From positions 722,750-762,704 of the forward strand of contig RHPI01001715.1 of the NCBI GenBank assembly GCA_009103225.1: a DNA stretch of 39,955 nt. Direction: 5' to 3'. A program made the position numbers and the translations under genes. Below the pieces are notes generated by a model that saw nothing but the letters and a program-made list of their open reading frames with translations, ran no database searches and was not told where the DNA came from. Each line of letters opens with the position of its first letter. Position 1 is the stretch's first letter. This DNA comes from Chlorokybus atmophyticus. Lineage: Eukaryota > Plantae > Mesostigma and Chlorokybus algae. Below are positions 1 through 8,599 of this stretch, piece by piece.

Positions 1-727
1 AGGGGGTGGGTGGGTGGGGACATGCATACATGCAGTGTCAGTTCACAGGCAACAAGAGTTCACAAAAAAAGAAACGAAACGTCTCTGCATGCTGCCTTAG
101 GGCACAAAGGGGTACCCTCGACCTCACCCCACGCCCCTGCTTGAGGCTGTTTGCCATTGGGCCCTTACCTCAGTCGAGTGACAGCACACCAGGTGGTGGC
201 TATGCTAACGGCGACTGCGACGACGGCGGCGGCGGCGGCGGCGGCGAGGCGTTTAGCCGTTGGGTGCGCGCCTGTACACGTGGCGGGTTTTTTGTGGTGT
301 GCCTGCGCCGCTTTTTCGGCCTACCCTAGTCCAAATCATGCAAGTGGGATAACCTCCTAACTAAGAGAGAATGGCATTATATAGACTTGTGATTAGGTTA
401 GTGGACTGCTTTAAAGACTGAGGCTTAGCTCTTCATTACATCATTACGACATGTACATAGTATTTTGTGAAATCAAGCCTGAAAATTTCCCATATAAATG
501 TTACCCCCTTTTGCATAATGCGATATCTTCACAAATGAAAATGTAGTGCCAATTTGAGTATAAGGTTTCGAAATGGAAACAGCTTCACTTTTTACGTTCT
601 GAAATGTATTGCCAGCATTGGCATAAATTTAATGCTAACAGCAAGCATTATACTATACCGTTGCACTGTTGCAATAAATGAATCGCATTTTTATAATAAT
701 GCAATCATACGGTGCTTATGTTTATGT

Positions 728-955
728 TATCGTGCAGGTAAGCCTCGACTGCGAGGTATGTCTCGCATAGGGAGCACACGCGGTATGGTACACAAATGTG
801 CAAAGCAAGTAGTGCGTTAGTACAGCTTCACAAGGCGATAAGTGAGGGCTGCGGTACTAGTGGTGGTGGGGTAATAGCAGAAGGGAGAGAGAGTGGTAAG
901 GGAAAACAAACTGTGTAGTCCCTTAAGCTTGGAATGAGGCTGTAATTACACAACA
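728..955 (-). repeat. LTR copy A (228 bp, diverged)
   Basis: TATCGTGCAGGTAAGCCTC...GAGGCTGTAATTACACAACA aligns end to end with 1610-1855. The first TG has become TA. Confidence 0.8.
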
Positions 956-1609
956 ATCTCCTTGACAAAGGATGAATGTGGACAAGCACATAGCAGTCAT
1001 GCAAGAGTGTTTGTGTGCGATCTGAGTTTGCTAAATAAAGCGAGTTTACGGGCTGTTAGCGCTCACCTAATAGCAAGCTAGTGGATGCCTACAACCGGAA
1101 TTGTGGTTGTGCAAGGCATGCAAAGAACCGTGTTAGGCAGGGGAGGATGCAATTCGCAGGGGCGGTGCCCACATCAGGAGGTCAACACAATAATGCAAGA
1201 CAAAGACAGCACCAAGGGCGGGGCAACGGCAGGGAGAAAGGTATACAACAAAGGAATTCGGACAACATCTCTTACGAGTTCAACATTCACACAAGGTAGC
1301 GTGCGTGCCTGCGGTTCACCTAGTCTGATGGTGACTTTTCGAGACTTAAAAGGAACGCCGCCGATTTCGTGCCAGTCTGCTTACTTGCAACTTACTACCG
1401 AATAATTCCCTAGGGTTTGCTTAAGGCAGCTGTCGATGTCGGCCGCCGCCACAACTCTTGCTTCTCATTGGCTGACCCCGCAAGAGGTGTCGACGGGTCT
1501 TGTCACGCGGTCTAACACATGTGCACCAGTTTGACCAATCCTAATGCTGATGAGAGCGCGCAAGGGGTGTGAAGCAGAAGTGCGTGCCGAGGGTCATTAC
1601 CGTGATAGC

Positions 1610-1855
1610 TGTCGTGCAGGTAAGCCTCAACCGCTGGGTATGTCTCGCAAAGATAGCACACGCGGTGTGGTACACAAGTGTGTAGAGCAAGTAGTGCGTC
1701 AATACAGCTTTGAGAGGCGAGTGAGGGCGCTTCAGGGCTGTAGTACTGGTGGTGGTGGTGGTGGCGGTAGTAGGTGCACGGAGGGACAGTGGTAAGGGAG
1801 AATTCTGTGTATGTGTAGTCGCCCAAGCTTAATATGAGGCTGTAATTACACAACA
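1610..1855 (-). repeat. LTR copy B (246 bp)
   Basis: Begins TGTCGTGCAGGTAAGCC and ends TAATTACACAACA. Diverged direct repeat of 728-955. Poly-C (PPT on minus) lies immediately to its right. Confidence 0.85.
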
Positions 1856-1924
1856 AGCTCCCCCCCTGTGTGGTCATTGGCGTCCTCGCGTTAAGCTTGG
1901 GACGTGTGACAGCGCTATGATTGG

Positions 1925-2065
1925 CTGGCATAGGAAAATGCCACATTGGGGTCGGTGACAACCGATGCTACACCGAGACTGCACGCCTCATGCCAATATT
2001 CCCAGCAATTGTCACACTCCATCAACGGTCGACGATCCGTTGCGCAACCGGTGCATTGCAATTTC
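1925..2065 (-). pseudogene. PHD finger at the C-terminus of the retrotransposon Pol
   Basis: LQCTGCATDRRPLMECDNCWEYWHEACSLGVASV..P matches the first six ligands of C4HC3; the final CxxC has decayed. It follows the integrase C-terminal region. Confidence 0.75.
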
Positions 2066-2756
2066 CGAGGGTGAGGTTTGCCAAGGCCTTTAACGTATAA
2101 GAGATGACAGAAGGGCCAGTTTTGCACGTGGTCCACCTCGGTGTTACAAGGGGGGTCTTGCAGAGACAGAGTACCTGCAGCGCGCACATGTACCACCTTG
2201 TATTCTGTACCATAGTTGGCCGGATCATGGGTGTTCGTGGTGTGCTTTTTGTGGTATACATAGTCTCAAACGTAAAACTTGCGAATTTAAGTAATGTAGC
2301 CCCCGCTACGTACGTGTGTGTAGCGGCGCTTGTCCCGTTGTTGCGCAATCTTCAGGTTGGCAAAAGCCATGGGCAAAGAGGCTTTACGTACGGAAGCCGG
2401 GGCTGCCAGCACCTGCATCAAGTGAGTGGGTTTGTTGATGAGGTCCTCCACTGCTTGTGTTGCGTGACGGATGCACAAGGGTAGTAGAGGTTCCCTCTCG
2501 AACATGAGGAAATAGGGGTCGAAGGATTGCAAGGCTGTTTGCCTTGTGCAGCGGTACCCGAGTGCTGTTGAGATGGACAATAACAAGCATACACATGCAC
2601 AAGTGCACGCCACAGCCCTAGCATCAGGAGACCATACAAGACCATCTATTGCTATTATATCCACGGGTTTTATACCCGCCAGCTACATATGTTTCTACTC
2701 TGGAAGCTACAGCATCCAGCACACTCAACCATAACCTGCGCTCTAACTTGCGCCAC

Positions 2757-3282
2757 TGTCACAGCCCACTCGACCACAAAAAACTTCGTGCTTTTATGGT
2801 CGATTTGTGGTGATTTAATGTGCCTTCCCGTTACATTCCCCCCCACTTAAGAACGCTGACGTCCTCGGCAGCTGCCCGGTCAGCTGGGGAATTACCCAAG
2901 GGGTTTGTTAGGGTCGGTCACCGGCCCCACAGCCAAGGACCGGCTAATTTAGGCCCATACCGGTCAGCGCGCGCATAGCGAAACGCTGCCGGCCCCACAG
3001 GTCGCGTCGCCGCGATAGGCAGGTCGCGCCCTTCCGCGCCGACTGAACTGGTCAGTTCGGCGCGACTGCCATTAGGCAAGTCGCGACCTATCGATGATGG
3101 CACTTATAAAGTGACCATTTACGATGTTATTGGATCGAGAAACAACAACCGCGGAATTCGTGTGCAAGGCAGGAATCGAACCCGGGTCTCAAGCTCCGAT
3201 GACCAATGTCACAGCCCACTCGACCACAAAAAACTTCGTGCTTTTATGGTCGATTTGTGGTGATTTGTGCCTTCCCGTTACA
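2757..3282 (-). mobile_element. TRIM (terminal-repeat retrotransposon in miniature), 526 bp
   Basis: LTRs at 2757-2835 (79 bp) and 3207-3282 (76 bp) are identical except for a 3-bp indel, with TG...CA ends. TSD GCCAC at 2752-2756 and 3283-3287. PBS-like TGGTCATCGGAGC (minus, 3205-3193); PPT GGGGGGGAA (minus, 2844-2836). Non-coding interior. Confidence 0.93.
3172..3226 (-). promoter_or_regulatory. Putative type-2 RNA polymerase III promoter (A box + B box) in the TRIM
   Basis: A-box-like TGGTCGAGTGG (3226-3216, inside the LTR) and B box GGTTCGATTCC (3182-3172, after the PBS) are separated by 33 nt, as in tRNA genes. Confidence 0.55.
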
Positions 3283-4013
3283 GCCACGGAGCTTCAAGAG
3301 CTTTCTAACAAGCCGCCATACGTGCCATATGGTAGAGTAGCCATCAGGCTATCATCATTCTGCTAGCCGTGCATGACCCTTCCAGATCCAAGTTCGCGCC
3401 TGGGCCTTCTCGAATCTTTGCTTAGAACCTTCTGGCGGCTATTTATACGTGGAGGGCAAGATGACCAATTGACCTACTAACCTGGATGTAAAAATATCCT
3501 CAACAAGTGCGAGCCAAGGCGGAAAATCATTCCACTCCTCCTGCTGGTGGGTCACACAGTAGCGACGGAGCGCTTTCTTGACTGTCTGCACCATCCTCTC
3601 TGCCAGGCCATTAACCTAAGGAACACGGCTCTTGCGGCAGTGATCAACGAGTGAGCGGTGAAGCAGAGTGTCGAATTCCCTTTGAAACTGGGTATCATTG
3701 TCGGTGAGCAGCTGTGCGCAAGCGCTAATTTGCTGAGAAGTGCTCTAGGTAGGCCTGGGTTACCGTGTGCGTGGTTTGTCTGGCAGCGGTATCAAATCGA
3801 CCCACTTGTTGAAGTGCTCGATGGCGACAAGTATGTATACATTGCCGCGACGTGTAACGGGCAGCTCCCCTGCAAGGTCCATACTCCCGCAGTAACCAAG
3901 CCCCATTATGGGCAAGGGATGCAGCTAAGGGTGGTGATGTGTTAAGCTTGCCTTGATGCGATCGCAAGATTCACATTGTCTCAGCATTTTCGCAACGTTG
4001 CGTGTAAGTTTCC

Positions 4014-4091
<78 letters not shown>

Positions 4092-4429
4092 NGGCAATGA
4101 TGGACGCCTGGCGGTTGGGTGGGGGAACCTCCTTGCGCTAGTCATTGGTCGTGATGCGCTAGAGGGCGTTGTAGTTCTAGGTTTTATTCTTTGAGCGATT
4201 CTGCGTGCGGTCACTGATCTTGTGATCCAGCCAAGCGGGCAAGGCTCTTGTTGTGATAGACTGCAAGGTGGGCTTATATCTGTCCACTTGTCTCCTTCAC
4301 TTTCAGAAGGTATAGTAGCCTTGAGCGCTGGATTGCATGCCTTGGCGCGTATACCGGTTGCTACAACCAACATGGCGTGTTTGCGGGGCGTGTCGCCGTC
4401 GTATCGTGCACATGTGGCATCCACCATGT

Positions 4430-4790
4430 CGGAGTGATGGTTATGATTCAAGCCATCACCATCGGTGTTAACAATGCTTGGCTTGTGAGTGATGGTAAAA
4501 TTGCTGTCTTGCAGTAGCAAGGCCCAACGCGCGTACTTGCTAGTGAGTTTGTTACTGGTGAGCAACCACTGCAAGGGCTGGTGGTCAGTGACCAACTTAA
4601 ATTGGCAACCGAAAAGGAACGGCCGAGAAAACTTGATGGACCCAACAGCTGCGAGGCGCTCCGCTTCATAGCTGCTGTAGTTGGCTTCTGCAGCGTTATT
4701 GCTTCGACTGGCATAAGCAATGACTTGTTTCTTACCCTCGTTATTCTTTTGGCAAAGCACCGCACCAAGCCCAAGCCGACTCTAGTCTGT
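4430..4790 (-). pseudogene. Ty3/gypsy RNase H domain
   Basis: VIAYASRS.NAAEANYSSYEAE.LAAV...RPFLFG.QFKLVTDHQPLQWLL...ARWALLLQD. Confidence 0.93.
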
Positions 4791-4799
4791 GTAGAGTAA

Positions 4800-5800
4800 A
4801 AAGGGCTTGTTGTAATCACAGCGCTAGGATGGGGGCCAACTGTAGGTGGCTCTTTAATGCCTTAAAGGCTTGCTGCTCGGCTTCTCCCTGATGCCAAGTA
4901 ATTGCTTTCTTCAACAGGTCATTAAGAAGTTTGACCACCTAGAAGAATTAAGCACAAACCGGCGGTAACAGTTGGCAAGACCATGGAAGGCACGCAGACG
5001 CGAGATGTCCATTGATGGTGGCACCGTCAGAAACGCATCCATTTTTGTCTGCTACATCAACATTATGTTGGGGACGATATGTGGGCCAAGTTATGGAATT
5101 TTGTCAGCGAAGAAGGTACACATCTGAAACTGTGTCGAAAGCCCGTGCTCCTTTAATCGGTGCATCACCTCCATGATGTGCTACAGGTGAGCTTCAGTGG
5201 TGTGGCTAAAGATGTAGATGTCATCAATGTAGCAGCTAGAGTGGTCTAGCCCATGAAAGATTCCGTCCATCATGCATCGCAAGACATCAGGTGCATTCTT
5301 CGATAAAAAAAGCATAACCTTCCATTGATACAATGTCCGGTTGCCCCAAAAAACTATCTTGCACTTGTCCTCCGTCTTGATGCCGATCTGGTGAAGTTCG
5401 GAGCACATGTCCAACACTGTATAGTACTTGCAGGTGCCGATGCTGTTGAAGATCTCGTTAGGGTACATGCGATAGCGATCAAGCACATTGTGGTTGTGAA
5501 GGTTGCGATAGTCGCCGCACATGCGCCGCTGCGGCCACTGTCCTTGCTCCTCCTTCTTCAAGGGCATGACGGTGGCGGCTGCATACCGGGTGCTGGGTGC
5601 TGCTTCCTCAATGAGTCCTACGTCCAGCAACTTCCTGCAGGTGGTTTTAATAAGCTCCATCTCAACCTTTGCCAACGCGTGCTGCTTGTGGAAGATGGGA
5701 CCTGGAGTGTCTAAGTCGATTGTACACTCGCGGAAGTTGCACTTGCCAAAGTCTTGGCGAGAGTGGGCAAACTGTGTTTTGTGTTCTTCGAAGAGTGACT
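4800..5800 (-). pseudogene. Ty3/gypsy reverse transcriptase
   Basis: RMCGDYRNL, VLDMCSELHQI, YQWKVMLF..KNAP, CYIDDIYIFS, then RLRAFHGLANCYRRFV. Contains internal stops. Confidence 0.95.
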
Positions 5801-6029
5801 TCAACGTATACTCAACATCGCTGGCGGCCATACAGCCGCTGCGCCAACCTTCTTGCTTAGGTTTGTCGCTATGGGGGATGTCAAGTGCTTCAGTAAGTGC
5901 TTTAAGCTCAACGCCGTGCACAGCCATGGAGACGAATGATGGGTCCCTGATCTCTGTAGCCTCTCACCCCCCCAGCGTATGGCCTGCGCTGTTGAGGCGG
6001 CCGGTAGCTGTGGTGAAGGGCCAAGAATG

Positions 6030-6980
6030 TTGCCAGTACCAAATCATGCTGTTCAGGTCCACGGCACGATCAAGCAGCTCTCGACAATCGCATTCCACCA
6101 GCTTGGGCGCATGTGTGATAGCACCACTGGCAGACCAGAAACCTATTGCTAATTCGCGCTCATTAGCCAGTGGTTTTGAAAGATAGCTGAGATTGCTATC
6201 CCAATCCATACCACTGTTGTCGTTACGAAAAGAATGTGAGCCTGAGGCCACTAATGTTGGCAAAGCAACCATGGGGTGTCCCACCTTGATATTATAATGG
6301 AAGTGCTTGTAGTCCGGCTGAGTGACTGATTGAGGAGTATCTGTAATAGCCAGGATATCTTGTACGAGTAGGCCAGGAGGCTTAGTTAATAGAAGATGTG
6401 ATGCTGTTAAGTCTTGCATATTAGCAAAGATTGTTCACTTCCTGCGCAACTGTTGGGCACGAGAGCCGTGAGCAGCAGTAATAATTACAACAGGTGCACC
6501 AAGCACAGTGCAAACTCATTCGTAGTCTGTGCGTACGTTGTTGCGCTGGTCATCTTAAGCACATACACTCAGGAAGGTATGCGGGAGGTCTGTCGGGTTG
6601 CTGATTTTTAAATGTATTCATGATACGAACCAACTCCCAAAATAGCTTGACCCTCGGGTCTTGAAGGCCAAGTCCTTTACCAACGCGCGAGTGCCCCCAA
6701 CATTCCAATCTGCTATAATAAGGTCAACCCCTCCTCGTGCCAAAAGGTGTTTCCCTGTGATGAAGCAGATGTCCTGAGGCAAGGCACGGAGGCTGTTTTA
6801 GGTTGCGGACGGAGCTAGCAATGGGAACCTTTCGCGCATCTGAAGCATGTGGTGCGACATTGTCTGTGCTTGCGGGCTGGGGTCATAGTAGAAGCACTTT
6901 ATGACTAGAATGCCTATGCTCAGCACGGATGCTAAGCCACTTTCGACTCCTCCAAACAACTCCAAGACATTTATACCGTT
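6030..6980 (-). pseudogene. C5-cytosine DNA methyltransferase domain embedded in Pol (frameshifted)
   Basis: Motif I INVLELFGG (~6974). ALPQDI. Motif IV VDLIIADW-[1-nt deletion]-CWGHSRVGKGLGLQDPR.KLFWELVR (Cys codon at 6700-6702). Motif VI AYLPEC (ENV decayed). Motif VIII GSRAQQLRRK*TIF. Motif IX NERELAIGF. Motif X LLDRAVDLN. All are in canonical order. Confidence 0.88.
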
Positions 6981-8299
6981 GCGACGCCGATGTGGTGCCA
7001 AGCACACGGTAGAAAGGTCCAGCTGACGAAGGGGGTCATCAGGCACGGGAGGTGAAGTGACCGGGGTAGTTGCCACGCGGGCCGCAATGGCCCAAGCGAG
7101 CCAACGGCGCTGAGCGGGGTCTTGCTTGGCTACTTCACAAGAAGCCTAAGAGTGTAGAGTTGATGTTTTACCACACACTCTAAAACGTGGGTTACTTTGT
7201 GTAGTAGCGGCGGTATTGAACTCCGCCGGTGCTGTTTGTGCAAGTCCTTTCGCGAACAAGTGCAAGGATGTCATGCTAACGATGTATGACTTAATATTCT
7301 GTCCCCNNNNNNNNNNNNNNNNNNNNNNNNNNNNNNNNNNNNNNNNNNNNNNNNNNNNNNNNNNNNNNNNNNNNNNNNNNNNNNNNNNNNNNNNNNNNNN
7401 NNNNNNNNNNNNNNNNNNNNNNNNNNNNNNNNNNNNNNNNNNNNNNNNNNNNNNNNNNNNNNNNNNNNNNNNNNNNNNNNNNNNNNNNNNNNNNNNNNNN
7501 NNNNNNNNNNNNNNNNNNNNNNNNNNNNNNNNNNNNNNNNNNNNNNNNNNNNNNNNNNNNNNNNNNNNNNNNNNNNNNNNNNNNNNNNNNNNNNNNNNNN
7601 NNNNNNNNNNNNNNNNNNNNNNNNNNNNNNNNNNNNNNNNNNNNNNNNNNNNNNNNNNNNNNNNNNNNNNNNNNNNNNNNNNNNNNNNNNNNNNNNNNNN
7701 NNNNNNNNNNNNNNNNNNNNNNNNNNNNNNNNNNNNNNNNNNNNNNNNNNNNNNNNNNNNNNNNNNNNNNNNNNNNNNNNNNNNNNNNNNNNNNNNNNNN
7801 NNNNNNNNNNNNNNNNNNNNNNNNNNNNNNNNNNNNNNNNNNNNNNNNNNNNNNNNNNNNNNNNNNNNNNNNNNNNNNNNNNNNNNNNNNNNNNNNNNNN
7901 NNNNNNNNNNNNNNNNNNNNNNNNNNNNNNNNNNNNNNNNNNNNNNNNNNNNNNNNNNNNNNNNNNNNCCCCCCCCCCCCCCCCCCCCCTTTAGCTCAGC
8001 TTTAACCGAACACTCATGGATAACAATGCGTAACGCCTAAGATTCGACTCGATCCCCCTCGGGCAGGTTCAAGCTGTAACGGAAAGTGGCATTGGCGCGT
8101 CGGGTGGCTGTAAGAGGGTACTACGAAAAGGTGCTTAGGTGTAGAGGAAAGCCTACAAGTGTTCCATCGCCTGAATGCTAGCTTGGCCGGAGGTGTGTGT
8201 GCTTTGTCTGTATGTCGAGTGCCGCGTTAATTAGAAACAAGGCCTCTATGCTAGTGAGAATGTCGAACATCTCCGAATCAGAAACAAGGCTGAACACAT

Positions 8300-8520
8300 T
8301 TTGGACGGAAGTCTCCTCTCATGTGTAGCCGGTGAAGCGCAGTGGTATGCGCTGGCGCATCTCTCCTCTTATTGTTTCCAAACCGCCTTGAGCAGTGTGT
8401 GAATCTCATGCGAACTCTCATCCAAATCATCGAGGTTGATGCGGATGCATTCCGCAGCTCGTCCGCTTAGGATAACACGTTGGGCGCCGGTATCACACAA
8501 TACGTGGCGAGGGGAACAAC
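8300..8520 (-). pseudogene. Retropepsin aspartic protease
   Basis: Reads HVLCDTGAQRVIL, with the DTG at 8494-8486. Confidence 0.8.
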
Positions 8521-8599
8521 CGATGGTGTGCAAAAGTGACATGGCCCAAAAGGTTGTTAACCATACTAATGTTTGAGCGAAAGCAGAGCCGGTTCATGG

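Larger units (their letters stand above)
728..1855 (-). mobile_element. Short non-coding LTR-internal-LTR unit (non-autonomous derivative) sharing LTR B with the large element
   Basis: Two LTR copies enclose a 654-bp internal region with no recognisable protein. The right ~130 bp of that region matches the 5' leader of the large element (11278-11404). Confidence 0.6.
2566..3505. mobile_element. Probable solo LTR of a second family (409 bp once the nested TRIM is removed)
   Basis: Termini TGTTGAG...CTCAACA (7-bp inverted ends). Perfect 5-bp TSD AGTGC at 2561-2565 and 3506-3510. Excision restores the integrase frame. Confidence 0.85.
2070..4260 (-). pseudogene. Integrase (Zn finger, DDE core, C-terminal region), interrupted by an insertion at 2566-3505
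   Basis: Motifs read manually: VPPPNR..II, CESCDRIK, MDLAGELP..YILVAIEHFNKWVDLIPL, LLTDND, NGLAERMVQTVKKAL. Removing 2566-3505 plus one TSD restores WLAL/GYRC...PYFLMFEREP in frame, followed by AFANLKIAQQRDKRRY. Confidence 0.9.

Noticed and set aside
160-330. GCC-rich stretch with a minus-strand donor (CTGAG|GTAAG) suggesting a first exon of a gene leaving the window
   Set aside because: No start codon or homology could be established within the window.
3160-3235. Possible tRNA gene on the minus strand
   Set aside because: It has A/B boxes and a T-arm, but the acceptor stem does not pair and the anticodon region is replaced by the LTR end and PBS. Kept as a promoter-like feature only.
2757-3282. 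Near-identical direct repeats with an internal hairpin suggesting CRISPR
   Set aside because: Only two 76-79 bp copies, with TG...CA ends, TSD, PBS and PPT, in a eukaryote. These are LTRs.
4016-4092. Poly-C run giving poly-Pro/poly-Gly ORFs inside the integrase
   Set aside because: It replaces the expected H-H part of the zinc finger and ends in an N. Similar C/G runs border other Ns (7969, 11497, 12300, 18002), so it is a likely sequencing or gap-fill artefact.
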